Assembly (NCBI GenBank): GCA_002839435.1 | Contig: PGYA01000001.1 | Span: forward strand, 74,538 to 138,537 | Source: Candidatus Riflebacteria bacterium HGW-Riflebacteria-2 | GTDB taxonomy: Bacteria > Muiribacteriota > Ozemobacteria > Ozemobacterales > Ozemobacteraceae | Reading direction: 5' to 3' | Length of the DNA stretch: 64,000 nt | Part shown: positions 18,632 through 27,775 of the stretch, one piece after another | Layout of the letters: each line of letters opens with the position of its first letter | Numbering within the stretch: position 1 is the stretch's first letter | The notes under the pieces: generated by a model | The model's input: only the letters and a program-made list of their open reading frames with translations | Databases searched by the model: none | Told to the model about the DNA's origin: nothing | Position numbers and translations under genes: made by a program

Positions 18632-19513
18632 TCAGTCTGATAATGATTCTGGCTTCCAGACGACCTTGCCGATTTCAGAAATATCGTAGCCAGGCAGATT
18701 TTGCAGATGCTGTGGCAGGCGCGTCTGGTCGAAACTGCTGATGAAATTTCGAACAATGCGGCTTTCCCACTGGTCGGCCGGCACAATCAGATTAAACGGC
18801 TCTTCAAGAACCGGGATGAACTTGAGTTTAAGCATTTCTGAAATATTCTGAATACCAAACGCAGCGTCGGCTTCGCCAGACAGCACTTTCATGGCAGCCC
18901 CAATATGCGACTGCGCATCTGGCGGCATTGCCATAGCGTTTTTCATATTAATGCCCAGCTCCTTAAAGAGCTGATCGACAAGAATACGGGTGCCGGAACC
19001 ATGATTGCGGTTGGCGAAACGCAGGCCCTTGCTGAAAATATCCTTGAAAGACTTGATCGAATGAGGATTGTCTGGCGGCAGATAGACACCCTGACGGCGA
19101 TTGAACAGACGCATAACCACGTAATCATCACGGTTTAGATAACGATCGAGAAACGACAGAGAGTAATTTCCGTCCTGGTCGGCTATGTGGACGCAACTCA
19201 TGGTGGCCCGGCCGCTTTCGAGAATTTTTATGCCATTAACGCTGCCAACCATCGCGCAAAAGACCGTATTTTCATGGTCGCGGTTGTAATGATCGACTAT
19301 TTCTCTGAATAACAGATCATCGCTGCCAGAAATCAATATATTCTTCTGCAACTCAGTATTCTGATGAATCCAACGGTCTATTATCTCGCGAGAAAAGAGT
19401 ATTTTACCACCAAGCCGGGTAAAAGGAATATCGCAGTCCTTTACCAGCTGGTAAATTTTCTTCTCGTTGATATTGAGATAGGAAGAAACCTCTTTGGTTG
19501 TGAGAATGTGCAT
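18632..19513 (-). CDS. regulator with an excisionase/MerR-type HTH and a C-terminal periplasmic-binding-protein-like (molybdate/tungstate-binding, COG1910-like) domain; TunR-like
   Basis: Taking the internal Met start, the N-terminus is 'MHILTTKEVSSYLNINEKKIYQLVKDCDIPFTRLGGKILFSREIIDRWI' (an HTH). The remaining ~240 aa are PBP-like. The gene is adjacent to mop. Confidence 0.6.
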   Translation of the reverse strand: MHILTTKEVSSYLNINEKKIYQLVKDCDIPFTRLGGKILFSREIIDRWIHQNTELQKNILISGSDDLLFREIVDHYNRDHENTVFCAMVGSVNGIKILESGRATMSCVHIADQDGNYSLSFLDRYLNRDDYVVMRLFNRRQGVYLPPDNPHSIKSFKDIFSKGLRFANRNHGSGTRILVDQLFKELGINMKNAMAMPPDAQSHIGAAMKVLSGEADAAFGIQNISEMLKLKFIPVLEEPFNLIVPADQWESRIVRNFISSFDQTRLPQHLQNLPGYDISEIGKVVWKPESLSD

Positions 19514-19604
19514 GCTTTCTCCTCGCATCGGCTTTTCGACAATTATAACCGATGACAGAAAATCGTTCAGCAAAATTATCGGTTGCCTGCGCAAGAATGT
19601 TCAT

Positions 19605-19633
19605 TTGACACCACCAGCGCCAAAGGTTAGTAT
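19605..19633 (+). promoter_or_regulatory. near-consensus sigma70 promoter (TTGACA-17 bp-TAGTAT) driving the 19684 operon
   Basis: The sequence reads 'TTGACAccaccagcgccaaaggtTAGTAT' about 50 nt upstream of the ATG. Confidence 0.55.
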
Positions 19634-19683
19634 TAGTTAGAAATGGTACTTATTTGTAAAAATAATGTATAAATGGAGCTAAA

Positions 19684-20169
19684 ATGCACCAGAGACGCAC
19701 CCAATCGCCAGTGTACGCTGATACGCTTCTTGTTCTGCTGCTTTTTTTGAGCGCAAGCCTGACCTGCCTGGCCGAGCAACCAGTAGAGAAGCAGAAAGAG
19801 CGGGCGACTGTGGCAGCACATTGCGCGATAGCGGTATTTCGTGGCGGCGAGCAGATTGCTACGGCGGGAACGGAATTGCTGACCGGACTCGAGTCGGTCG
19901 ATGTAAACCTGCCCGGCGTCGAAAAAACCCAGAGCGGACCGCGTCTGATCGATCTGCTGGCGGCGCTCAAGATAAGCGATTATCAGAAAGTAACAATACA
20001 GGGCTTTGCCAAAGGTCGCCTGGCAACCGCCGAATACAGCATTACCAGGGACAAGATGCACGACCGCATCATTCTCAGCTATTCTCGCCGGGGCACCGCC
20101 AAGCTTGTAGTGCCAGAACTGGCTTTCGATGACTGGATAGTCGATGTCAGCAAACTGGAGATAGAATGA
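19684..20169 (+). CDS. hypothetical secreted protein (signal peptide)
   Basis: A signal peptide '...LLVLLLFLSASLTCLAEQ' is present and a 'tggagctaaaATG' RBS precedes the ATG. I recognise no family. Confidence 0.55.
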   Translation: MHQRRTQSPVYADTLLVLLLFLSASLTCLAEQPVEKQKERATVAAHCAIAVFRGGEQIATAGTELLTGLESVDVNLPGVEKTQSGPRLIDLLAALKISDYQKVTIQGFAKGRLATAEYSITRDKMHDRIILSYSRRGTAKLVVPELAFDDWIVDVSKLEIE

Positions 20170-20921
20170 AGCGTATTGTCTACATAGGAATCGACGATAC
20201 CGATAATCTTGAGAGCGTTGGTACTGGCAGGGTTGCGCGCGGACTCGGCGCCCGCCTGGAAGAACTCAAACTCGGGCAATCTCTTGGGGTAAGCCGACAC
20301 CAGCTGCTGGTTCATCCAGAAATTCGCTACACATCACACAACAGCAGCAAGGGACTGGCTATAGAAAGCGATGTTGAACTTGCAGATTTTTTTGAGCCCT
20401 GCATCGAACACATGAAAAGCTGCTGGCAGGAAGGTTCTGACCCGGGCCTTTGCATCTGTGACCAGACCCAGATCAGAGAAGAGATCAACCGGTTTGGCTG
20501 GCGCGCCGAAAAGGAACTGCTCAGTAAAAGCGAAGCATACGCGCTCGCCGAAAAGCACGGCATCTTTTTAAAAGAACTCGGCGGTGACGGTGGTGGCGTG
20601 ATCGGCGCGCTGTCGGCTGTGGGTCTGCGCTCGACCGGCAATAATGGTCGACTGGTAGAAGTGCGTGGCATCAGGGAACTAAAAGGCATTTTAACTGTTG
20701 CCGAGATTATCGCCAGATCAGGCATTGTTGCAGTTCAGGACGAAAACGGCGACCAGCTTGCCGACAACGAAAAGATCGACAGCCTCGACTGGATCAGACC
20801 TACTCTTATCAACTGGCAGCCAGTTCTGCGAGTGACAAGACTGGCTGATGAGAGCGGCAAAGAGAGATGGATTCCGGCCGAAAGAGCACACAAAATGACA
20901 GGAGAACGAAAAAATGACTGA
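20166..20921 (+). CDS. hypothetical protein whose N-terminus resembles the TiaS (tRNA-Ile2 agmatidine synthetase) kinase-like domain ('GIDDTD' motif)
   Basis: The N-terminus is 'MKRIVYIGIDDTDNLESVGTGRVARGLGARL'. The gene overlaps the upstream stop by 4 nt. The family assignment is from memory only. Confidence 0.35.
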   Translation: MKRIVYIGIDDTDNLESVGTGRVARGLGARLEELKLGQSLGVSRHQLLVHPEIRYTSHNSSKGLAIESDVELADFFEPCIEHMKSCWQEGSDPGLCICDQTQIREEINRFGWRAEKELLSKSEAYALAEKHGIFLKELGGDGGGVIGALSAVGLRSTGNNGRLVEVRGIRELKGILTVAEIIARSGIVAVQDENGDQLADNEKIDSLDWIRPTLINWQPVLRVTRLADESGKERWIPAERAHKMTGERKND

Positions 20922-21507
20922 CAAATGCATGACCGTTCATCAGCAGGAAACCGCGATAGAGTTGGGCGGACAAGCCTCACCCAGGCTGCTGCTACAGATT
21001 CTGGGCATTGTTATTTTTGGCGCTATGGTTGCAGTTGGCAAAAAAGCAACGATGAATCTTGGCATTTCCGGGCACAGCGCGCTGCTCTGGCTCAGCGTAA
21101 TGGTGGCAGGCCGCGCTTTTATTCAACGCGACGGCGTCGGCTTCGCACTCGGTGTATCAACAGCCCTTTGGGGTATTCCAGCCGGCTTCAATCATTCGCT
21201 GCTCCATAATATCGGCCTTTATGGCAGCACCGGAATAGTTCTCGATCTCGCTGCACGCAGTTCGCTGCTCGACCTGAGACGCCCGCTCGGTGCCATAATC
21301 GCCGGCGCTCTCGCACACATGGTCAAGTTCTTGTTTATTGTCGGCAAAGCCTCGGCAAGCGTTACCGCCAAGCGTTTTGTGCTTGTCGGCGTTCTGCAAT
21401 CTGCCACCCTTCACCTTATTTTCGGGATCAGCGCCGGCCTTATTGGCTACGGCATCTGGCGCCTGTTCAAACCGCGACAGTGCAAATCAGAAAACAGCTC
21501 CAGCTAA
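20914..21507 (+). CDS. hypothetical integral membrane protein with ~6 TM segments
   Basis: It overlaps the upstream gene by 8 nt. Hydrophobic helices are present throughout the ORF translation and the C-terminus is basic. Confidence 0.5.
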   Translation: MTDKCMTVHQQETAIELGGQASPRLLLQILGIVIFGAMVAVGKKATMNLGISGHSALLWLSVMVAGRAFIQRDGVGFALGVSTALWGIPAGFNHSLLHNIGLYGSTGIVLDLAARSSLLDLRRPLGAIIAGALAHMVKFLFIVGKASASVTAKRFVLVGVLQSATLHLIFGISAGLIGYGIWRLFKPRQCKSENSSS

Positions 21508-21535
21508 CCCCGACCTTTAACAGTCAGTATTTATT

Positions 21536-21566
21536 GCACCCGGCCGCATGGCCGGGTGTTTTATTT
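21536..21566 (+). terminator. rho-independent terminator
   Basis: A 'cacccggccgcatggccgggtg' hairpin is followed by 'ttttatttatt'. Confidence 0.65.
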
Positions 21567-21635
21567 ATTGTAATTATGACGTATTTGCTGTAATTATTTG
21601 TTACTATTAAAGACTTTAATTCTACGGAGAAGCAA

Positions 21636-23639
21636 ATGAGCCCTAGGCACGCCATAACAATCCTGTTTTGCCTGATGTTGGCAGCGACAACCGCCTCTGC
21701 CAGTGACCCGTCTTATGCCGGCGTCTTCAAACTCGAAGAAATCGTCGTCGAAGACAGTCGCCCGGAAATCGAAAGCTCGAGTCGCCTGCGCGTCATCAGC
21801 GAAGAAGAACTGAACCAGCGTGGCGTCAGAACTCTTGACGAGGCTCTGGAGCTGTTGCCGGGCATCAGCGTCAGAGTTGGCAATGGCGGTTCACCCCGTC
21901 TCGACATTCGCGGCTATCGATCCCGCCATGTCACCCTTCTGCTCGATGGTGTTCCACTCAATTCGACCTACGACGGACAGCTCGACCCAAGACTGATTCC
22001 GGTCGAAATAATCAAAAAAATAAAAGTTTCATATGGAACAAGTTCGTCGGTGTACGGATCCGGTGCCCTCGGCGGGGTTGCCAACATCATCACCAGAAGA
22101 GGCGAAGACGAAAAGAGCCGGCTGTTTTTGCAGACAGAAACAGGTACCCGCATTCAGCAGTATGGCCTGATGCGAGCCACCGGCCATGAAGGTGATTTCG
22201 ATTATTTTTTAAGCTTGAGCAACGAACTGCGTAGTGGCTATGAGATGTCTGACGATTTCAAACCGACCATTACCGAAGATGGCGGAAGAAGAGAAAACAG
22301 CGACCTGCGCCGGACATCGCTTTTGTTCAAGGTCGGTCTGACGCCTTCTGAACGCTGGACATACGGCGTTACTCTCGGCCAGAGTAAAGTTGAATTCGGC
22401 CTGCCGCATTCAACGATCAACAACAAGATCGACCCGCTGTTTGCCAACCGGGCCAGATTCGAAAGAGTAGACCTTTCGCTTACTGACCTGGCGCAGATTA
22501 CCGCTGCCTACGATGCACCGGGCCCATGGGAATTCAAGCTCTGGCACTACTACAACCATGGCGAAGAAGAAACCAACGGCTACGACGACGCTACCTACTC
22601 GAGCATGTCTGACTTCACAGTTAAAAATACTTTTCATCAGATTTCCAAAACCAATATCACCGGCCAGAACCTGCAGGCAATCTGCTCGACCAGCAACCAC
22701 TCATCGCTGATACTGAGCCTGAAGTCTGAACGCAGCGACTGGGATGCCTACGGCCGCATCAGAGACATTGACGTTAAAGACGGAAACTATGGCATCAGAG
22801 CCTTCAACAACAGCCATTACCTCAAAAACCGCGCAGTTGCTGTTGAATACTATCATTCCGCCAACAACCGCGTCGAAATAACTGTCGGCGGCAGTCTGAA
22901 CTGGCAGAAACGCGCAGACCGTGACGATCAGCAGGGCAACGAATTCAACCTTGGTGTTTCAAAAGAATTCGGCAGCAAAACCACTGCGCATATCGCAGCC
23001 GCGCGCAAGATCAGGTTCCCGGCAATTCAACAGCTTTATGATGTTTCCAGCGGCGACCCGAACCTGGACCTCGAAGAGGCCATAAACTACGAAGCCGGCC
23101 TTACTCATAACTTTAATGAAAAGACCTCGGGCGGACTGACCTTCTTTCACAGCACAGTCGAGAATTACATTGAAAAGCTCGATCCAAACCCGCTCTATCA
23201 GAATATTCAGGAATATAGATTCAAGGGCATAGAGTTGTCGGCGAAACATCAGTGCAAAAAACCACTGTTGCTGAAAACAGCTCTGACTCTCATGGACAGT
23301 GAAGAAGTCGACTCGACCGTCGGCCGCGATGAGCTGCAGTATCGACCGAAAACCAAGTTTTCGTTCTCAGGAACCTACAACGCGAAAAACGGACTCGAAG
23401 CCTACCTTGAATTTTTGCATATTGACGGGCAGAACTTCTATTCCAAAAAAGCGCCCTTTGTGAAGGCGAGCCTCAACGAAATCAACCTGACCAATATCAG
23501 ACTGTCAAAGCCGATAAGAAAAGACTCGCTGCACATATACTTGGGCGTCAATAACCTTTTCGATCGCAATTACGAGACTTCTTACGGTGTGCCGGCCCCC
23601 GGCCGCTTCTGCTATCTCGGCATGCAGGCAAAGCTGTAG
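21636..23639 (+). CDS. TonB-dependent outer-membrane receptor
   Basis: It has a signal peptide, a TonB box/plug ('EIVVEDSRPE...RGVRTLDEALELLPGISV') and a long beta-barrel. The RBS is 'acggagaagcaaATG'. Confidence 0.8.
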   Translation: MSPRHAITILFCLMLAATTASASDPSYAGVFKLEEIVVEDSRPEIESSSRLRVISEEELNQRGVRTLDEALELLPGISVRVGNGGSPRLDIRGYRSRHVTLLLDGVPLNSTYDGQLDPRLIPVEIIKKIKVSYGTSSSVYGSGALGGVANIITRRGEDEKSRLFLQTETGTRIQQYGLMRATGHEGDFDYFLSLSNELRSGYEMSDDFKPTITEDGGRRENSDLRRTSLLFKVGLTPSERWTYGVTLGQSKVEFGLPHSTINNKIDPLFANRARFERVDLSLTDLAQITAAYDAPGPWEFKLWHYYNHGEEETNGYDDATYSSMSDFTVKNTFHQISKTNITGQNLQAICSTSNHSSLILSLKSERSDWDAYGRIRDIDVKDGNYGIRAFNNSHYLKNRAVAVEYYHSANNRVEITVGGSLNWQKRADRDDQQGNEFNLGVSKEFGSKTTAHIAAARKIRFPAIQQLYDVSSGDPNLDLEEAINYEAGLTHNFNEKTSGGLTFFHSTVENYIEKLDPNPLYQNIQEYRFKGIELSAKHQCKKPLLLKTALTLMDSEEVDSTVGRDELQYRPKTKFSFSGTYNAKNGLEAYLEFLHIDGQNFYSKKAPFVKASLNEINLTNIRLSKPIRKDSLHIYLGVNNLFDRNYETSYGVPAPGRFCYLGMQAKL

Positions 23640-23687
23640 CATCAAGCTTAGCAATCATAAAAACACCACGTCATCTCAGACAAAGAA

Positions 23688-23718
23688 AAGTCCCCCGGGC
23701 AGCATCTGCCCGGGGGAC
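23688..23718. terminator. bidirectional terminator hairpin between convergent genes
   Basis: The 'gtcccccgggcagcatctgcccgggggac' sequence is a perfect 11-bp stem. Confidence 0.6.
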
Positions 23719-23760
23719 TCACAGGTTTCCAGCACGGCACGACCATGCCGGAAGGTTCAC

Positions 23761-25413
23761 TTATTTCATTACGCCGAAATAGAAGTTGCGGGCACTGCCT
23801 GCACCTTTTTCAACAATGCAGTAAAGTTCGCCGGTCGGATCGACTCCGGCACTGGCATCGGCGCCGGTCAAAGTTATGGCGCCTTTGTTGATGGTGAAGT
23901 CAAGCGTCTTGAGTTCATCTGCCGTTGTTTTCTCGGTTTTTGCGTCACTCTGAGCGTAGGAACTGCCAGCAACCGCAACCTGTGTGCCATTAGAATATGA
24001 GGCATAGGTGCTGTTCTCGACACTGCTCTTAACAGCCGCTTCGACAAAGTTTCCGCTCCAGGTTGAGCCTGAATTCTGCTTGACGCCAATTGCGAAAACG
24101 CAGCGACCACCGGCTTTATAACCGACAAATGCAAACAGATTTCCATCTGGATCGACCTGGGCATACTCGGTTTTCGAGCTCGAGAAGGTTATCCGGCCGC
24201 CACCAGCCACAGAGTAGTCTCCAGCGGCAAAAGTGCTGGCGAGCGAATCGGGATTGTAAGAAGAAGTGACGGCAAATGCACCTTCGCCGTCAAACTTGAT
24301 TGAATACGCCTGAACTACCGGTTCAGCAGGCTTGAACGTGGCATCGACGGCGTCAGAGTATTCAAACACATTGTAGGTTCCATTGAGAGTGGCGTTGGTA
24401 GCAGCGGTCGGTTGCTTGATGAACAGACCCATGTAAGGAGTTTTATTCCAGACATGAACCATTGCAACATTGCCTGAAGCAGCGACTGAACCGCGATTTT
24501 TGGTAACAGTCGAAAAGATCAGTTCGCCGTTGCTCTCGGTCACGGTGTAAGTTGAATCCACCATCGATGCGTCGGAATTTACCTTGACGGTTTCGGTAAC
24601 ATCACTATTTTTCAGACCACTGTTATAGACCACTGAGATGTCACTGACGCCAACCCAACGAGCAGAACCGAGGGCGTTAACAAAGAACGCCCGGTAGTCG
24701 CCGGAAAAGCGCGTTTGCGAAATTTCAATGACTTTGATCGCGGCGACAGCAGCATCCAGCGCAGTTTTAAGCGCAGCTGCTGTTATATCAAGGCCGACAG
24801 TGTTGCCGATCTTTTCAGCGACAATGATCTGTTTCTGAATTTCAGTTTTTACGGCGCTCAGATCAACCGACATTTCATCAATGGTTTTGCTGGTGTTCTG
24901 CGACCAGGCCTCGTATACCAAAGCCTTAGCCGTTGAATCATAGTTTATCTCGACATTTTTGATGTCGGAGTCATTGGTCTGACCGGCAACTACGGTGGCG
25001 TGACCGATGCGCTTCATGATGGCGGGAGCATCGGCAGCAGCGCCTTTGGCTACAATCTCGACAGTCACCCGGTGAGTTCCGGGAGACACGGAAGTTACGG
25101 CGGTCTCTGCCAGCGTGAGGGTATTACCGTCAGCAGATAGATCAAGATCAAAATAGACCGGGGCGCCGGCATCAATTTTGACGCGAGCCTGGAAGCCTTC
25201 GCTGATGGCAGGCCTGAGCGCCGCCTTTTCGCTGTCACGCAGAGCCTCGGTAAAGTCAGCCTTGTTGCCGGAATCGGCGAAGGCAGAAACCAGAATTTCG
25301 CCGGTCAGAACCGGAGAATAGCCGGTGTCGTTGTCGCTTCCACCCATGCAACCGGCCAGAATAACGACAGAACAAACAATTAAAGCTGCAATCAAACGAC
25401 TGAAAACTTTCAC
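23761..25413 (-). CDS. hypothetical surface/periplasmic lipoprotein of 550 aa, rich in Ser, Thr, Ala and Val
   Basis: A lipoprotein signal 'LIAALIVCSVVILAGC' with lipobox is present. The composition suggests beta-rich repeats. Confidence 0.55.
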   Translation of the reverse strand: MKVFSRLIAALIVCSVVILAGCMGGSDNDTGYSPVLTGEILVSAFADSGNKADFTEALRDSEKAALRPAISEGFQARVKIDAGAPVYFDLDLSADGNTLTLAETAVTSVSPGTHRVTVEIVAKGAAADAPAIMKRIGHATVVAGQTNDSDIKNVEINYDSTAKALVYEAWSQNTSKTIDEMSVDLSAVKTEIQKQIIVAEKIGNTVGLDITAAALKTALDAAVAAIKVIEISQTRFSGDYRAFFVNALGSARWVGVSDISVVYNSGLKNSDVTETVKVNSDASMVDSTYTVTESNGELIFSTVTKNRGSVAASGNVAMVHVWNKTPYMGLFIKQPTAATNATLNGTYNVFEYSDAVDATFKPAEPVVQAYSIKFDGEGAFAVTSSYNPDSLASTFAAGDYSVAGGGRITFSSSKTEYAQVDPDGNLFAFVGYKAGGRCVFAIGVKQNSGSTWSGNFVEAAVKSSVENSTYASYSNGTQVAVAGSSYAQSDAKTEKTTADELKTLDFTINKGAITLTGADASAGVDPTGELYCIVEKGAGSARNFYFGVMK

Positions 25414-25593
25414 AGGAACCTCCAGAAAGATTGTTTGCCGAATTCTAACATGGCTCGATCTGTTTTTTAAGCAAAATCTAAGACAATCAAAGATTATTTG
25501 TGATTATTTGTTTGTTTTATGCCTTATTAAGACTGAATCTTCAGTAATTCTCGGTGAGGCGTAAGACCTAGTGCTTTGTCACATATGAATGTG

Positions 25594-25716
25594 TGTTTTG
25601 TCGTCATTGCAAGCGAAGCGAAGCAATCTCTTTGTCCATGGGATTAGCCTCAGAGCTGGGCTTATGCCTTCGGCATACCGCTTCGTCGGGCTGGCGCCCT
25701 CCTTGCAATGACAGAT
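25594..25716. repeat. longer member of the same palindromic element family (MITE-like), in opposite orientation
   Basis: The plus strand reads 'gtcattgcaagcgaagcgaagcaatc ... ccctccttgcaatgac'. Its reverse complement begins 'gtcattgcaaggag...cgacgaagc', matching the 5829 copy. Confidence 0.55.
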
Positions 25717-25827
25717 CTCACCCATATTCAAGCTTGACAAAGGACTAAGTCAATAGGGATGACGATTTTTAAGCATGAATCCAACTTTGACAGACCAGTA
25801 GCGACTTTTGCCGTTGTAACGCAAAAT

Positions 25828-25862
25828 AAAAACCCGCAAAACGATAGTTCTGCGGGGGCTTC
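25828..25862 (-). terminator. rho-independent terminator on the minus strand
   Basis: The minus strand reads 'cccgcagaactatcgttttgcgggtttttatttt'. Confidence 0.6.
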
Positions 25863-25901
25863 GCGGCGTATTACGTAAGCACGCGATAATTATCTGGTTG
25901 A

Positions 25902-26402
25902 TTAAAGGCTTCCGATACCTATTACCTTCGGGGTTTTGATGGTCGGGTGGTTTTCGGGAACCATGATCGAAATTGGAGCGGGCATGCCATTTACGCCTTT
26001 TTTCTTGGCGATCCAGATTTTGTAGACCCAGCCGGCAATCGCACTTTCACCGTAGCCATCCCCATTGCTGCGCCTTTTGTTGACCCGCGTAATCTTGAGT
26101 GGCATGGCATAGAATCGAAAGTTTCTGAAATCCTTCTTCAACGAAAATTGCGGAACATCGCCACGCAAAGCGTCGCCAGCCTCATTCACCAGTCCACCGC
26201 CAGCTATCGCGACAAAAGCTTCGGCGCACTTTTCGAGGGTTTCCGATTTCAGAACCTCAGCGTATTCATAGAGAACATTGAGCACTCCAGCTGGCAACTG
26301 CTTAACCGGGATGTCATCCCTTCTGCTCTGCGCCGACGCTTCAAAAGCGGTCAGGCCAGACACCAGCACAAAAACCAGAACTACAGACAGTATTCTTTTC
26401 AT
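25902..26402 (-). CDS. hypothetical secreted protein
   Basis: A signal peptide 'MKRILSVVLVFVLVSGLTAFEASAQ' is present. Confidence 0.5.
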   Translation of the reverse strand: MKRILSVVLVFVLVSGLTAFEASAQSRRDDIPVKQLPAGVLNVLYEYAEVLKSETLEKCAEAFVAIAGGGLVNEAGDALRGDVPQFSLKKDFRNFRFYAMPLKITRVNKRRSNGDGYGESAIAGWVYKIWIAKKKGVNGMPAPISIMVPENHPTIKTPKVIGIGSL

Positions 26403-26564
26403 TTTGCCTCCCGGAAAGATATATACTTAAAAGCTCATCCAACCTTGAACTCAATAGAGTTTAAGGCCTTCGCCTGCTTATATGACTATTATGTCCCGTT
26501 TCATTTTACCTCCGCTATGCTTTCGCATCAGTTTTGCCAGCCACATTCGGGCTAATTCAACTCA

Positions 26565-27773
26565 TCAGAGCGCTTCGAGGCGTTTTATGGCTTCGACGAA
26601 GTCTTCGCGGTGGCCAAAGGCTGAGAACCTGACAAAGCCTTCGCCGGCCGGGCCGAAACCTGAGCCTGGCGTTGTGACGATCTGGCACTTCTCAAGAATT
26701 TCGCTGAAGACATCCCAGGACTTGCGGCCGGGAAAATGCGCCCAGACATATGGAGCGTTAATTCCGCCGCAGGTTACAAGCCCTCTGGCATCGAGCGCCT
26801 TTTTAATAATCGCCGCGTTTTCCATGTAATAAGAAACCAGACTCTTCATCTCAGCCAGTCCCTCGTCTTCTAACGCTGCCATGCCGCCATACTGGGCGAT
26901 ATTCGAGGCGCCGTTGAACAGGGTGGTCATTATGCGGTTCCAGTCGTTGCGAACCGGTGTGCCGTCTTCGAATTTGAGCTGGTCAGGCACTACTGTCCAG
27001 CCCAGGCGCACGCCGGTAAAGCCGGACGGCTTCGAGAATGAACTGACTTCTATCGCCACTTCGCGCGCACCGTCGATTTCGAAAATAGTTTTCGGCAGCG
27101 ATTTATCGCTGATATACTCGCTGTAGGCCGCGTCGAAGATAATGATCGAACGGTTTTTGCGGGCAAAATCGACAAGTTTTTTGAGCTGTTCACGGCTGGC
27201 AACCGCACCGGTCGGGTTATTGGGCGAGCAAAAATAGATCAGATCGGTGCGTGGCTGATTGTCGAGATCAGGAAAAAAGTCATTCTCAAGACAGCACTTC
27301 ATGTAAACGATCTTGTCAAACTGGCTTCTAGATTGATCGTAAGAGCCGGTCACCCCTGCAATTACCGAGCCATCAACGTAAACCGGGTAGGAAGGATCCT
27401 GCACGGCAATGCTAACTTCGCTGCCAAACATGGTCTGCAGGCGCGCGATATCGCATTTGGCGCCATCAGAAATGAAAACCTCATCACCCTTGACGATGCC
27501 ACCATATAGCTTTGCAGCAAGCTGGGCACGGAAATCAGAGATACCCTGCTCATCACCATAACCGCTGTAGCCTTCGCGAGTGCTGAGACGATCGACTTCG
27601 TGGTGCAGGCCTTCGACTACGTGCGGGGTCAGCGGTTCGGTGGTATTGCCGATGCCGAGGCTGATAATCTTCACACCGGGGTTTTTCTGAAGATATTCGC
27701 GCTTGCGCCGGTTGATTTCGGGAAAAAGATAGCCAGCCGTGAGTTTCGCCATGTTCGGATTGCGTTTAACCAT
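26565..27773 (-). CDS. dapL: LL-diaminopimelate aminotransferase
   Basis: 'MVKRNPNMAKLTAGYLFPEINRRKREYLQKNPGVKIISLGIGNTTEPL' is the characteristic DapL N-terminus. PLP aminotransferase fold I. Confidence 0.85.
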   Translation of the reverse strand: MVKRNPNMAKLTAGYLFPEINRRKREYLQKNPGVKIISLGIGNTTEPLTPHVVEGLHHEVDRLSTREGYSGYGDEQGISDFRAQLAAKLYGGIVKGDEVFISDGAKCDIARLQTMFGSEVSIAVQDPSYPVYVDGSVIAGVTGSYDQSRSQFDKIVYMKCCLENDFFPDLDNQPRTDLIYFCSPNNPTGAVASREQLKKLVDFARKNRSIIIFDAAYSEYISDKSLPKTIFEIDGAREVAIEVSSFSKPSGFTGVRLGWTVVPDQLKFEDGTPVRNDWNRIMTTLFNGASNIAQYGGMAALEDEGLAEMKSLVSYYMENAAIIKKALDARGLVTCGGINAPYVWAHFPGRKSWDVFSEILEKCQIVTTPGSGFGPAGEGFVRFSAFGHREDFVEAIKRLEAL

Positions 27774-27775
27774 GT

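Noticed and set aside
19640-19660. Sigma-54 promoter-like 'TGGTAC-N-TTGT' upstream of the 19684 operon
   Set aside because: Spacing is one nt short and the -12 element is GT instead of GC. The overlapping TTGACA/TAGTAT sigma70 promoter is a much better match.
25947-26555. 202-aa plus-strand ORF overlapping the 25902-26402 secreted-protein gene and the dapL terminus
   Set aside because: It is antisense to a gene with a convincing signal peptide. Its extension would also overlap dapL, so it is spurious.
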